Shown here: positions 38,062-48,723 of the stretch, one piece after another
Position numbering within the stretch: the first letter of the stretch is position 1
How the letters are laid out: each line of letters starts with the position of its first letter
DNA from: an uncultured delta proteobacterium
GTDB lineage: Bacteria; Desulfobacterota; Desulfobacteria; Desulfobacterales; B30-G6
Assembly: GCA_963823335.1 (NCBI GenBank)
Contig: CAWGLD010000007.1
Coordinates: 96,001 to 160,000, forward strand
Reading direction: 5' to 3'
DNA: 64,000 nt
Program-made: the position numbers and the translations under genes
Notes under the pieces: generated by a model
The model's input: the letters and a program-made list of their open reading frames with translations, nothing else
Told to the model about the DNA's origin: nothing
The model's database searches: none

Positions 38062-38931
38062 TTATGGACACATATGAATGGGTTCCAGGGCAAAATCTCT
38101 CTCGAATATCAGTTCACCCGAATCTTTAAAGATAAAGATGGTCGCCTGCACAAATACTCCGGGGTTTTGGTGTGCAACCTTGAATTTAATGGTCCTGTAA
38201 TTATAAATTCGAAATTTCTGTCCCGTTGATTGAACAGGTCTTCCATCCATCAGCATGGCGTTGGGTGCCACCAGCCATTGGTCCTGCTCTGCATGCGCAT
38301 CTTTCAGGATTATAAACGCATGCCCGGATACGGGCGCATTTCGGGTTCCCATGTTGATGACTTTGTACTCGATGTTCAGCAATGTATCGTCAGGGCTGGC
38401 GCAGATAAATAGATTGTCCGCGGTAATTTTTACGATGGCAGCATCCACATCGGTGTCGCCAGGAGTTTCTGACCTTACAGACGCATTGACGGTCTGTGTC
38501 GGCGCTTTTGCCTTAGGCGCTTTGGGCGAGTTGCCGGGATTGGTCTCTTTTTCAAGCGCTGCCCGCTCTTCTACTTCCACCGCCGGGAGTTCATTCTGTT
38601 TTTCCAATGCAGAGCCGGAAACAATTGCTTTCAGTTTTGACTCTGAAATGGCCAGACGGACCATGGCACCATCTTTCTCATTACGAATCGATTCCATGGC
38701 GCGGTTCTGCCTGAAGACATCTTCCTGGAGTGCCACCAGTCTTCCCCTGGTGTCCAGCCATTCAACCAGCAGCAACCCAATGACACCTGCCATGACAAAG
38801 ATCAAACCCGCCACGGACATGGCCAGACCTCTGAAATGAGCAAACGGTCTTAGGCTGCCGTTTTTCTCGACTCTCAGCAGGTGCCAGCGGGTCTCCCTGT
38901 ATGAGGGATGATCCTGTTTCAATTGTTTCAT
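38062..38931 (-). CDS. hypothetical membrane-anchored coiled-coil protein
   Basis: TM helix, coiled coil and beta-rich C-domain; start uncertain (38931 or 38961). Confidence 0.65.
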   Translation of the reverse strand: MKQLKQDHPSYRETRWHLLRVEKNGSLRPFAHFRGLAMSVAGLIFVMAGVIGLLLVEWLDTRGRLVALQEDVFRQNRAMESIRNEKDGAMVRLAISESKLKAIVSGSALEKQNELPAVEVEERAALEKETNPGNSPKAPKAKAPTQTVNASVRSETPGDTDVDAAIVKITADNLFICASPDDTLLNIEYKVINMGTRNAPVSGHAFIILKDAHAEQDQWLVAPNAMLMDGRPVQSTGQKFRIYNYRTIKFKVAHQNPGVFVQATIFIFKDSGELIFERDFALEPIHMCP

Positions 38932-38989
38932 ATAAACTTGAAACCTTTCAACCATAAGCACTAAGCCGCTTACAGCTTAATGCTTAACA

Positions 38990-40036
38990 TTAAAATAACG
39001 CCTGCTGCCCATCGATCTTGAGCCCCAGATGCCGGAAGGCGGCCTCGGAAGCCTTGCGACCCGATGAGGTTCTGATGAGCAGCCCTGTTTTAAGAAGAAA
39101 CGGCTCAACCACATCCACCAGGGTATCACTCTCTTCCTGCAGGGTTGCGGCAATAGCCTCGATACCGACAGGCCCTCCGTGGTAAAAATCGATGATCGTC
39201 TTCAGGTATTTCCGGTCCAGTTTTGTCAGTCCTTTGGCATCCACCCCTTCCAGGGACAAGGCCGCCTCCACAGTGTCAAATGTAATGACGCCATCAGCCC
39301 TCACCTGGGCATAGTCCCTGACCCGTTTGAGGAGGCGGTTGACAATTCTGGGTGTCCCCCTGGAGCGTTTGGAGAGCTCCTCTGCCGCCACTTTATCAAT
39401 TTGAATATCCAACAGCTTTGCAGATCGTGTTGAAATCTGAACCAGTTCCCGTTCATCATAAAAATCAAGATTCCGGAAAAGACCGAAACGATCTCTGAGG
39501 GGAGAGGAGAGAAGCCCTGCGCGTGTCGTAGCACCCACTATGGTGAATCGATTCAAACGGTATCGATGGCTCCTGGCATGAATGCCCTTGTCAAATACAA
39601 AATCAATGGCAAAATCCTCCATGGCCGGGTAGAGTAATTCTTCCACTGACTTCGGTGTACGGTGGATTTCATCGATGAACAGGATATCGCCTTCTTCGAG
39701 ATGTGTCAGCATACCGATGAGGTCCCCCCCTTTTTCAAGAGCCGGACCCGATGTGGTGGTCAGCTTACCCCCCATTTCGTTGGCGATAATATGTGCAAGG
39801 GTTGTCTTGCCAAGTCCGGGGGGGCCATGAAACAGTACATGGTCGATGGGCTCCCGGCGCCTGGTCGCCGCCTCGATAGCGATCTTCAATGTTTCTACAA
39901 TCTCACCCTGACCGATGTATTCAGAAAGTCTGGCCGGCCGAAGGGACAGTATTTCATTGTCCGCATCACAGGGAAGGCAATCACCGGAAATGATCTCCAG
40001 TGGTCCGATGGTGCCGCTTTTGAAATTATCTGTCAT
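38990..40036 (-). CDS. ruvB: Holliday junction helicase RuvB
   Basis: [20 protein letters not shown] and GGPVGI motifs. Confidence 0.97.
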   Translation of the reverse strand: MTDNFKSGTIGPLEIISGDCLPCDADNEILSLRPARLSEYIGQGEIVETLKIAIEAATRRREPIDHVLFHGPPGLGKTTLAHIIANEMGGKLTTTSGPALEKGGDLIGMLTHLEEGDILFIDEIHRTPKSVEELLYPAMEDFAIDFVFDKGIHARSHRYRLNRFTIVGATTRAGLLSSPLRDRFGLFRNLDFYDERELVQISTRSAKLLDIQIDKVAAEELSKRSRGTPRIVNRLLKRVRDYAQVRADGVITFDTVEAALSLEGVDAKGLTKLDRKYLKTIIDFYHGGPVGIEAIAATLQEESDTLVDVVEPFLLKTGLLIRTSSGRKASEAAFRHLGLKIDGQQALF

Positions 40037-40097
40037 AATTTGAGGTCCTGGCTATTCTTTAGCACATATATTAATATATGGTTCTTCTCCCAACCAG

Positions 40098-40195
40098 CCC
40101 TTTAGCAGTTTAGACTGAAGGCTGTTAGGTGCCTTTCGCTACTGGCTCTCAGCTACCCTCAGACCCTTGTATCACCCTCCAACCCTCAAACCCTC
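40098..40195. repeat. single copy of the 103-bp repeat unit between ruvA and ruvB
   Basis: TTTAGCAGTTTAGACTGAAGGCTGTTAGGTGCC...ACCCTCCAACCCTCAAACCC. Confidence 0.8.
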
Positions 40196-40818
40196 TATAT
40201 TGGATTGTTCTTTTGAATATGATACACCGCATCAAACAATTCCTCGGCCGTTGTATATGCCTGGCCGTGTTTGATCGCCAGCGTCACCATGGACCTGGCA
40301 TCCGTCATTGTGTGTCCCAACTGCTTTACGAGCACATCGATAACCTGCTTTTCCAGGTCTTCGATTTCGGGCAGATCCGGCTCGTCGTCTTCGCACATCA
40401 AGGCAAATTTTCCCATCTTACCTTCCAGGGAAGCGACAATCTTCTGGGCGGTACGGATACCGATTCCTTTCAGTTCTTTGAGCCGAGCGACATCCTTGGA
40501 CTCGATGGCGCTTGCTATTTCCCGAATTGGCCGGGTAAGAGCCCTGGCCGCCTTGAGAGGGCCGATGTCTTCCACAGAGATGAAGCGCTGAAAAAACTCC
40601 TTTTCCACTTCCAGATTGAAACCGATCAATATCGGTTTCGGCTGACGTTCCGTCTGCTGGTGGTAAATGTACAATGAAACCGTATCTCCCACCTGGGTGC
40701 CCTTCAGCGATCGCATGACCATCGCCGGGAGCAGGATCTCATACCCGATATGATTTGCCAGGAGCAGGATGTGATCTTCATCCCTGCGCATGAGAGTGCC
40801 TTCGATATATCCGATCAT
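40195..40818 (-). CDS. ruvA: Holliday junction DNA-binding protein RuvA
   Basis: MIGYIEG, GYE, and HhH motifs IGPLKA / KGIGIRTA; lies between ruvC and ruvB. Confidence 0.93.
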   Translation of the reverse strand: MIGYIEGTLMRRDEDHILLLANHIGYEILLPAMVMRSLKGTQVGDTVSLYIYHQQTERQPKPILIGFNLEVEKEFFQRFISVEDIGPLKAARALTRPIREIASAIESKDVARLKELKGIGIRTAQKIVASLEGKMGKFALMCEDDEPDLPEIEDLEKQVIDVLVKQLGHTMTDARSMVTLAIKHGQAYTTAEELFDAVYHIQKNNPI

Positions 40819-40979
40819 AATTCGCCTGTGTCTGTGTTGGTCTGGTTCCTTGAGTTCATTGAGTTTGTTGGGTTTGTTGGGTTTGTTGGGTTCAAGACGC
40901 TTGGAAGCTAGAAGGCTGGGATGTTGGGATGCGGCTATCAGCTACTTGCTCACAAATGAACCTAAAACCTGACACCTGA

Positions 40980-41417
40980 ACCCTTATAGCCTTTTAGCGG
41001 TTTAGACTGTAGGCTGCTAGGTGCCCTTCGCTATCAGCTGTCAGCCACCCTCCAACCCTCGTATCCCCCTCCAACCCTCAAACCCTTACAAGCCTTTTAG
41101 CGGTTCAGACTGTAGGCTGTTAGGTGCCCTTCGCTATCGGCTCTCAGCCACCCTCCAACCCTCGTATCCCCCTCCAACCCTCAAACCCTTACAAGCCTTT
41201 TAGCGGTTCAGACTGTAGGCTGTTAGGTGCCCTTCGCTATCGGCTCTCAGCCACCCTCCAACCCTCGTATCCCCCTCCAACCCTCAAACCCTTACAAGCC
41301 TTTTAGCGGTTCAGACTGTAGGCTGTTAGGTGCCCTTCGCTATCGGCTCTCAGCCACCCTCCAACCCTTGTATCCCCCTCCAACCCTCGAACCCTTGTAT
41401 CCCCCCCTCGAACCCTC
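40980..41417. repeat. 103-bp tandem repeat (about 4 units) between ruvC and ruvA
   Basis: Units start at about 40980, 41083, 41186 and 41289; central units identical; repeated ORFs at 41021/41124/41227 confirm the period. Confidence 0.95.
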
Positions 41418-41420
41418 TGT

Positions 41421-41897
41421 TCAGCCATACCTGTATAGCCCGATCAGCGCCAGTCCCAATGCATCCGATGCATGATACGGCTTAATGGGGTCATCCAGAT
41501 TCAATTTCTGACGGACCGCCTTTTCGAGTTGTTGCTTGGTTGCACGCCCGTTACCGGTCAATACTTTTTTTGCCTCCCTGACCGCTACTTCAGATACGGA
41601 AACACCGGCTTTGAATCCTGCCAGTAACAGAATCCCCGTGACCTTGCCCAACAGGATTCCCGATTTGGGGTAACTGTTCAAAGAAAACACATCTTCGACC
41701 ACCATGTGGTCGGGATGTTCTCTCCGCAGGATTTCGGTAAGTTTTGAATAGATTTTATCGAGGCGATGCGGCAAAGAGATATCTCTTGGGGTATGAATGG
41801 TACCATACGAATAGGCCTGAACCGAAAGCCCTTTACCTGTGACAACGCCGATACCGGTTGCAGACAAGCCAGGGTCTATGCCGATAATCTTTATCAT
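41421..41897 (-). CDS. ruvC: Holliday junction resolvase RuvC
   Basis: IIGIDPG, E, KK..TG.G.A.K and DAL motifs. Confidence 0.96.
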   Translation of the reverse strand: MIKIIGIDPGLSATGIGVVTGKGLSVQAYSYGTIHTPRDISLPHRLDKIYSKLTEILRREHPDHMVVEDVFSLNSYPKSGILLGKVTGILLLAGFKAGVSVSEVAVREAKKVLTGNGRATKQQLEKAVRQKLNLDDPIKPYHASDALGLALIGLYRYG

Positions 41898-41966
41898 GTT
41901 GCGTGCTTCAAGGTGCCGTAAATAATGCCGGGAAGGAGATGCATGACTGCGAGGTTCTTCAATATC

Positions 41967-42890
41967 CTATTGAAGTTCTTTTAATTTCTGAAGTGCTATT
42001 TTCCCTTCATTTGTTTCAGGGTATTTCTGGCTCAGCTCCTTCAATATCAGTCTGGAATTGGCCTTGTCCCCCAGCGAGATAAAGGCAAAACCTTGTTTCA
42101 GCAAGGACGCGGGGACCTTGTTCCCTTTGGGATAATTCTCGATGACTTTCTGATATTCCAGGATAGCTTTTTCATACCACTTTTCCCGGTAATAGATCTC
42201 ACCTATCCAGAATTGGGCATTGTCCGCATGTTCTGATTTCGGAAAATCCTTGATAATCGTTTCGAAAGCGGTACGGGCCGTCTCAAAATCACTCTGGTCA
42301 AAGGCCTGTTTGGCGGCAATATAGCGTTCCTGATCTGTTTGGTTTTTTTCGGCTGCTTGAGATTGCTTTTTTGGTGTGCTATGCGATCCTGTCGATTCCA
42401 GGTTCAGGTACTGTTCGATGTAGCGAAGACGGATCTCCATCTGGTTAAGATTAATGGACAGCCTGTCGAGCAGTATCTGGGTTCCCTTTTCTGCATTCTC
42501 GCTGGCAGTCAGTCTCTCCTGCATCATGAATTCCGATTCCTCGAGTCGACCGCTCAGCAACTGAACATCATCCTTGAGAACCTCTATACTCGCATTCAGT
42601 TTTGCATACTCGGTTCTGAGTTGGATGTCTTCGTTCCCGAGATCTTTTTCGAATTCGGAAAGCTTGGTGCTGAGATAGACTTTGCTCTGCTCGATTTCCT
42701 TGCCGCTGCTCTCGTTCACTCTTTCAAGGCTGACTGCTTTTGTCTCAAGCTCTGCCGCTTTTTGATCGAGTTTTTTCCCGAGGGCCTCCATTGTCCTTAA
42801 CCGCTGATCAAGGACAATGACATCTTCCTGAAGGGCACAGCCGAGAAACATGGCCAAGACAGCAATTGAGAGAATATATCTGAATCTCAT
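41967..42890 (-). CDS. cpoB: Tol-Pal system protein CpoB/YbgF
   Basis: Lipoprotein signal, coiled coil, TPR 'NAQFWIGE..Y'; downstream of pal. Confidence 0.9.
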   Translation of the reverse strand: MRFRYILSIAVLAMFLGCALQEDVIVLDQRLRTMEALGKKLDQKAAELETKAVSLERVNESSGKEIEQSKVYLSTKLSEFEKDLGNEDIQLRTEYAKLNASIEVLKDDVQLLSGRLEESEFMMQERLTASENAEKGTQILLDRLSINLNQMEIRLRYIEQYLNLESTGSHSTPKKQSQAAEKNQTDQERYIAAKQAFDQSDFETARTAFETIIKDFPKSEHADNAQFWIGEIYYREKWYEKAILEYQKVIENYPKGNKVPASLLKQGFAFISLGDKANSRLILKELSQKYPETNEGKIALQKLKELQ

Positions 42891-43095
42891 ATGAACAACT
42901 CTTCGTTTTTTTATTTCCGCTGCTCATCCAGGAGCCCGGTTTATCCCGGTTGTAGGATCCTCTTCAATCAAGGTGGAGCTGCAGGGATAAAAACATTAAC
43001 CTGCCATAAAGCAGGCGTGTAAAACGAGGCAAGCAGCAGCTCAGCCGCTACTTGCCTCTTGTCTTTGCAGGCGCTGAAAGAAGCACATGCCGGAA

Positions 43096-43719
43096 TTATT
43101 CGACCACAAAATGAGCGCGTCTGTTTTTGGCCCAGGATTCTTCGGTCTTTCCCATGTCTACGGGACGTTCCTCACCATAACTGATGGTGGACAACTGGTC
43201 GGCGTTAATGCCAAGATCCAAGAGAAAGGCTTTGGCGCTCTCTGCCCGACGGTCACCCAGGGCGATGTTGTAAGCACTGGTGCCACGATCATCACAGTGT
43301 CCTTCGATGATGACCGAAGCATCCGAAGCCATGCGAAGCCACTCAGCTTTTCGGGAAAGCACTTCTTTGGCCATGTCCCCAAGAGCGGAGCTGTCGAAAT
43401 CAAAGTAGACATCTTCGTTCATGAACATCTGAATGGCAGCCATTTTGGCTCTTTCCATTTCCGCCTCTTTTGCAGCCTGCTCAGCCATCTGGGTCTGCCG
43501 GAGTTCCTCTTCGGCCTTCATTTCCCACTGTCTGGCAGCTTCTTCCTGGGCGGCCTGTTCCTGTGCAGCCAGTTCGGCGTCAGCGACTCCCGGCGCTTGA
43601 TCTTCCATTGGCGCCTCGACTGGAACAGATTGAACAACTTTCTTGGCACAAGAAACCGTGAAGAGCAATCCCGGAACAATTACCATCAGGCTCATGAGTA
43701 CCCATAATTTTTTTCGCAT
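43096..43719 (-). CDS. pal: peptidoglycan-associated lipoprotein
   Basis: Lipobox VSC; VYFDFD, EGHCDDRG, ISYGEERP and NRR motifs. Confidence 0.95.
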   Translation of the reverse strand: MRKKLWVLMSLMVIVPGLLFTVSCAKKVVQSVPVEAPMEDQAPGVADAELAAQEQAAQEEAARQWEMKAEEELRQTQMAEQAAKEAEMERAKMAAIQMFMNEDVYFDFDSSALGDMAKEVLSRKAEWLRMASDASVIIEGHCDDRGTSAYNIALGDRRAESAKAFLLDLGINADQLSTISYGEERPVDMGKTEESWAKNRRAHFVVE

Positions 43720-43751
43720 ATTTTCCTCCTTTTTTGCTTTCGAACTCGGTT

Positions 43752-45074
43752 TTAATTGGGAATAACATTTGGAGACCATTTCGGATTTGTCTGCTCCCCC
43801 GGCATCGATATCAATCGACGCTGATCCGTTCCAAACGCCGTCATGATATATATTTTCGATCTGCCTTCACGGGTAGAATTGAACACAATCAGGCTTCCAT
43901 CGGGCGACCAGGATGGTGCTTCGTTATCTCCCTGATTTTCTGTCAACTGTACGTTACTTTTGCCATCCACCTCAATGGTATGAATATCAATCCTGCCGGT
44001 ATCCATGGAGGAGTAAACGATTTTATCCCCTTTAGGAGACCAATCCGGCTGTGTGTTGTATCTTCCCTGAAATGTCAACCTCCGGACACGACCCGATGCT
44101 ATGTCCTTTATATATATCTGGGGCGTCCCGGACCGTTTGGAAACAAAAGCCATTTGTTTTCCATCCGGGGACCAGGTCGGTTCAACATCGATTCCACGAC
44201 TGTTCGTCAATCTTTTAATAATTTTCCCTCCTCCGGTCAACAAATATATTTCCTGATCACCTGAAAAAGAGAGTGTCGCTGCCAGTTCAAATTTCCCCGG
44301 CACCCAGGCCGGCGTAATCTGGATACCCTTTATATCAAGGGTAGCAAGCCTGTTTTCTGTTATATTTCTTATATATAGGTCAGGATAACCCTTGGCATAC
44401 GAGGTGTAGGCCATCCATTTGCCATCTGAAGACCAGGCCGGGAAAAGCGTGATATCCTCATGATGACTGAACTGCTTCGAATTGTAGCCGTCAAAATCAC
44501 TGATAAAAATCTCTTTTTTACCGGCCACAGTCGATAAGAACGCAATTTTACTGTCGAAAACACCCCTGTGGCCTGTCAGGTGAACCATCACTTCGCCACA
44601 AAATCGTCGTATCATGCGCGTCGTGTCATCAGGCCCCCCTTTGTAGCGTTTACCGATAATCAGTTCTTCCTTGATCGTATCGAACAGACGAAGCTCCGTT
44701 TCCATGAGACCGTCCTTGACCAGAATCCCTCCTGTTATCAGCAGTTCGGCGCCAATGGCCGCCCAATTTCGAAAATTTATGCCCGAAGCTATAATATCGG
44801 GATTTTTTGGATCCATCAGAAATGCCTGCCGGTCAAGCATTTTAAAATAACCTGTGAATTCCAGCGTGTCAGATAAGAGATCCGGCAATTTAGTGGTCAG
44901 GGCTTCGACATCGGGCTCTCCTGAAATGTTTTTAAACCAGGGTACGGCCAAGGGAATTTTATGCAGAAAGGGGTTGCTGATGTCGATATAGTCATATTCC
45001 GCTGCATTGATGCTTGTCTGAGATACCATCAGGGCTACAACACATCCAATAATAGCACGTAAAACAATTTTCAT
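43752..45074 (-). CDS. tolB: Tol-Pal beta-propeller protein TolB
   Basis: Repeated P.WSPDG motifs; operon context. Confidence 0.95.
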   Translation of the reverse strand: MKIVLRAIIGCVVALMVSQTSINAAEYDYIDISNPFLHKIPLAVPWFKNISGEPDVEALTTKLPDLLSDTLEFTGYFKMLDRQAFLMDPKNPDIIASGINFRNWAAIGAELLITGGILVKDGLMETELRLFDTIKEELIIGKRYKGGPDDTTRMIRRFCGEVMVHLTGHRGVFDSKIAFLSTVAGKKEIFISDFDGYNSKQFSHHEDITLFPAWSSDGKWMAYTSYAKGYPDLYIRNITENRLATLDIKGIQITPAWVPGKFELAATLSFSGDQEIYLLTGGGKIIKRLTNSRGIDVEPTWSPDGKQMAFVSKRSGTPQIYIKDIASGRVRRLTFQGRYNTQPDWSPKGDKIVYSSMDTGRIDIHTIEVDGKSNVQLTENQGDNEAPSWSPDGSLIVFNSTREGRSKIYIMTAFGTDQRRLISMPGEQTNPKWSPNVIPN

Positions 45075-45104
45075 GGGTTTTAGGGTTTCAACTGGTTCCA
45101 TCTG

Positions 45105-45989
45105 TTATTTTATCCCCTCGGGAGTAAAACGTAATCCCATTTGAACATATGGCTCGGATACCGATTTGGGGTGTGGCTCCACAGGATCCGATTTCATAAC
45201 TGCACGAAAAGCCGATTCATCGAAATGGTTGTTCCCGGAACGATCTGTAAAAAAAAGATCTTTTATCTCCCCATTGGGCATTACCTTGAATACAAGCAGC
45301 GTCTGCAAATCAGATCGGCCATCGGCCAGCTGTTCGGGGAAAGCCCAGTTCTGCTGTATATCAATGGCAACTTCCATGCGATAAATATCAATGATCTCAG
45401 CCAGTTTTCCGCCACTGGCCGCACCGTCTGCCCCAAGCTGTTTCGATTCAGGCTCTTGGACCGCACTTTCCTTGGACGGCGCCCTGTCTTTTTCCTTGTC
45501 AACCTTGGCCTTGATCTCATCGATGGCCTTGGCGATTCTATCCGACGTGCTCGTCTCGATCTTTTTTTCCAGTTTTTGCAGGGTATTCTCTTTGACTTTT
45601 TCTGATTTATAGGTCTTTTTTTTGAGCGATACCTTTTTCTTGACCGTTTTAGGTGCAACTGACGGTTCGGCAGCCGGAGCCTTCTTGATGGGTGCACGTT
45701 TCGTCGTTGCTTTCTTTTCTCCTGAAACCGATGGTTTCGAAACCTGCCTGCTCGGTCCGGTATATTCCGGAAGAGAGACCAGACTGACGTTCATGACGAT
45801 AGGAGCGGGCCGTCGCTTGGGTTTATGGGTCTGTGCGTAAACCAATATCGAAAAAAGGATACAATGGCAGATCAGGGAAGCTGTAAAGGCCATCATGAGC
45901 AGGCGGTTTTGCCTACCCTCTCCGTAAAACGTGACCGGCGATGCCGAATCCTTCGGGTGGGACGCTCTATGGTTGTTTTTTTCGGTCAT
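45105..45989 (-). CDS. tolA: TolA-like cell envelope protein
   Basis: TM helix with SxxxH (SLICH), Lys-rich linker, TonB_C-like SG...FD.SA.RA; start uncertain. Confidence 0.85.
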   Translation of the reverse strand: MTEKNNHRASHPKDSASPVTFYGEGRQNRLLMMAFTASLICHCILFSILVYAQTHKPKRRPAPIVMNVSLVSLPEYTGPSRQVSKPSVSGEKKATTKRAPIKKAPAAEPSVAPKTVKKKVSLKKKTYKSEKVKENTLQKLEKKIETSTSDRIAKAIDEIKAKVDKEKDRAPSKESAVQEPESKQLGADGAASGGKLAEIIDIYRMEVAIDIQQNWAFPEQLADGRSDLQTLLVFKVMPNGEIKDLFFTDRSGNNHFDESAFRAVMKSDPVEPHPKSVSEPYVQMGLRFTPEGIK

Positions 45990-46401
45990 TTTCAGTGTCA
46001 TCAACTGGATCAGTTATCATGCCCAGCTTTTCGATCCCGGCGCCTTTTATCTCTGACATGACATAGACAACCGTGCCGTAAGCCACTGTCTTGTCTGCAC
46101 GCAGGTAGATCTCGTCGACTTTTTGATTCTTTGTGACCTGCATCAGTTTTTCCTTGAGATTCTCGATGCCGACACGAAAGTCGTTGATATAAACCTGATT
46201 ATTTTGGTCGATAGTTACGACCAGCTGCTCCTGCTTGGATTCCAGGGGGTTCGAGGTTGCCTCCGGCAACGACACGTCAACCCCTTGAATCATCATGGGG
46301 GCTGTCACCATGAAGATAATCAGCAGAACCAGCATGACGTCCACAAAGGGGGTCACGTTGATTTCCGACATCAACCGGTCATTATTCCCACCGATGGTCA
46401 T
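45967..46401 (-). CDS. tolR: TolR
   Basis: EINVTPFVDVMLVLLIIFMVTAP. Confidence 0.95.
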   Translation of the reverse strand: MTIGGNNDRLMSEINVTPFVDVMLVLLIIFMVTAPMMIQGVDVSLPEATSNPLESKQEQLVVTIDQNNQVYINDFRVGIENLKEKLMQVTKNQKVDEIYLRADKTVAYGTVVYVMSEIKGAGIEKLGMITDPVDDTENDRKKQP

Positions 46402-47123
46402 CGTCGCCCCCTTTCCATCAGCAGAATATCCCGCTCGATGATATTCAGAAAATCGGCGGAGAAGCTGTTCAACTCAGATTCCAGAATTTTGATCTTCTGC
46501 ATAAAATAGTTAAAAGCGATAACCGCCGGTATGGCAACCGCCAGCCCTGCAGCTGTCGCTACCAGGGCCTCGGATATCCCAGGTGCCACCACTGCCAGGC
46601 TGGCAGATCCCCGCAGACCGATGCCGTGAAAGGAATTCATGATCCCCCAGACCGTGCCGAACAGACCAATAAAGGGGGTGGTGTTGCCGGTTGTGGCCAA
46701 AAAGGGCACCATCTGTGTCATTCTGGTCGTCTCGGTGTTGATGGCTCTTCGCAATGCCCGTTTGATATTGTCCATTCCCGCAAATCGGGCGCCCAATCCC
46801 GAAGATCTTTCCGGACGGTCATCGCCACTTTCTGAAATTCCGCTCTGGCTGATTTTTTTAAGCTCCACATATCCTATCCGGAATATGCGCGCAATGGGAC
46901 TGCCCTCAAGCTCTTTAGCCTGCCGGTAAGCATTTGAAAGGTCCTTGCTTTTCCAGAACAGCTCCGTAAAAGCAGCTGATTCCTGGTAGGCCCTCTTGAT
47001 ATACCGGAATTTTATTAATATGATCGCCCAGGATGTAATTGAAAAAAAGAGCAGCATCAGCAGCACAAACTGCACCATCAATCCAGCGCTGCTGATCATG
47101 TTGATCAAGTTAATCTGTTGCAT
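46398..47123 (-). CDS. tolQ: TolQ
   Basis: PFIGLFGTVWGIM and VAPGISEAL motifs. Confidence 0.95.
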   Translation of the reverse strand: MQQINLINMISSAGLMVQFVLLMLLFFSITSWAIILIKFRYIKRAYQESAAFTELFWKSKDLSNAYRQAKELEGSPIARIFRIGYVELKKISQSGISESGDDRPERSSGLGARFAGMDNIKRALRRAINTETTRMTQMVPFLATTGNTTPFIGLFGTVWGIMNSFHGIGLRGSASLAVVAPGISEALVATAAGLAVAIPAVIAFNYFMQKIKILESELNSFSADFLNIIERDILLMERGRR

Positions 47124-47244
47124 TGTCAGTTCGCTCCACGTTTTAGATGTCGATAATTAGCCTTAATTAGAATTAATTATAAATCTGTTCAGTTTTATAC
47201 GAGCATCGCTAATGTGTCAAGAATTTTGCGCAAAGGAGAACTGC

Positions 47245-47799
47245 ATGAAAGATATCGCCAACCTGTTGTTTGAAGCAGCCCACTTGAAAAGGACACCCAG
47301 ATCCGGTTTTAATTTCCTGGGTGCCGGCAGGGAGTCCGTTGCCGAGCATACTTTCTGTACCCTGTTTATCGCCTGGGTCATGACCCGGATGGAACCGGGG
47401 ATCGATGCCTTGCGCCTGATAAGCATGTGCCTGGTGCACGACCTGCCGGAGTCGCGCATGGGCGATATCAACTATGTCCAGAAACAGTACGTGACAACCG
47501 ATGAAAACTCGGCCATGAATCATATGGGCGGTGATACATCGCTGGGGCCCGACATCTCGGACCTGGTGCATGAATTCAACAAGGGAGAGACACGGGAAGC
47601 ATGTTTGGCCAAAGATGCAGACCAGATCTCCCTGGTCATCGAATTGAAGTCACTCGCAGATATCGGGTTTAAACCACCCCTTAAATGGCTGCCATATGTC
47701 CTGAAAAGACTACAGACCGAAACCGGCAAACATATCGCCGAAGCCATCGCTAAAACCGATTGGGATGCATGGTGGCTAAAAAATTATGTTGACAGATAG
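47245..47799 (+). CDS. HD-domain hydrolase
   Basis: R.G, ESVAEH, HDLPE.R.GD and DAD motifs. Confidence 0.88.
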   Translation: MKDIANLLFEAAHLKRTPRSGFNFLGAGRESVAEHTFCTLFIAWVMTRMEPGIDALRLISMCLVHDLPESRMGDINYVQKQYVTTDENSAMNHMGGDTSLGPDISDLVHEFNKGETREACLAKDADQISLVIELKSLADIGFKPPLKWLPYVLKRLQTETGKHIAEAIAKTDWDAWWLKNYVDR

Positions 47800-47910
47800 G
47801 AGCTAACTCAATAAAAATTTGGATCCTTCTTATGGGAGAAAGTGGCCAAGGGGTCGAGGATTCCAGGATTGAAGAACTTCGTAAAGCGCTAAATTTTTAT
47901 TATGCTTGAA

Positions 47911-48039
47911 AACGAATGAACATCGAACATTGAACGCCCAACATCGAATTTTGAATTTGAAAAATAAAGAAACAGAAATAGTTCCGTATCGGATTTTTGC
48001 TTTCATTCGATATTGGACGTTCGATGCTGGACGTCCATC
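47911..48039. repeat. solo hairpin element with inverted (AACATCG)n arms, copy 1
   Basis: GAACATCGAACATTGAACGCCCAACATCGAAT ... ATTCGATATTGGACGTTCGATGCTGGACGTCC; homologous to 52661 and 57806. Confidence 0.85.
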
Positions 48040-48070
48040 TTTATAGCTCTGTATTTTGGGGGAGGCACGC

Positions 48071-48712
48071 ATGCAATGGATCGGTAATTTTTTCGGGTCA
48101 TCAATGGGGAAAAAGCTGTTAATGGCCCTGACGGGCTGTTGCTTCATCGGTTTCTTGTCTGCTCACCTTGCAGGCAACCTGACCTTGTACGGCGGTGGAG
48201 AAATGTTCAATTCTTATGCCGCGCACCTTCATGGACTCGGTCCGCTTCTCACGCTGGCCGAGTGGGGACTCCTGGCTCTGGCCCTTGTTCACATCACCAC
48301 CGGAACCCTCCTGTTTTTCCAGAATCTCATGGCCCGTCCGCAGCGCTACCACATGAACAAATGGGCCGGGGGGCGCACGATCAGCTCCGCAACCATGCCG
48401 TATACCGGTTTTGCCATTCTTGGCTTCGTCATTTTTCACCTGTTGAATTTTCATTTTGTCGACAAATCGACCACCACCATATACGAGATTGTGGTCAGCG
48501 CTTTTCAGAGCACCCCTTATGTCATTCTTTACATTGCGGCCATGATCATCGTTGCGCTGCATATCCGTCATGGTTTCTGGAGCCTGTTCCAGACGCTGGG
48601 CGCCAATCACCCCAAATATATGCCGCTGGTTATGGGGGCCAGTATCGTATTGAGCCTGCTTTTTGGATTCGGATTCGGCTACCTCCCGATATTTATTTCA
48701 TTTTCGGGATAA
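48071..48712 (+). CDS. sdhC: succinate dehydrogenase/fumarate reductase cytochrome b subunit
   Basis: GKK.LMALTG, haem His residues (HL.GN, H..HG.WS.FQTLG); operon context. Confidence 0.9.
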   Translation: MQWIGNFFGSSMGKKLLMALTGCCFIGFLSAHLAGNLTLYGGGEMFNSYAAHLHGLGPLLTLAEWGLLALALVHITTGTLLFFQNLMARPQRYHMNKWAGGRTISSATMPYTGFAILGFVIFHLLNFHFVDKSTTTIYEIVVSAFQSTPYVILYIAAMIIVALHIRHGFWSLFQTLGANHPKYMPLVMGASIVLSLLFGFGFGYLPIFISFSG

Positions 48713-48723
48713 GGAGGATTTTT

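Noticed and set aside
40980-41417. CRISPR array
   Set aside because: Units are head-to-tail with no unique spacers, and no cas genes are present; the 60-82 aa ORFs here are repeat artefacts.
48139-48723. 195-aa N-terminal extension of SdhA
   Set aside because: It is an alternative frame over sdhC; the real start is 48724 with an AGGAGG RBS.
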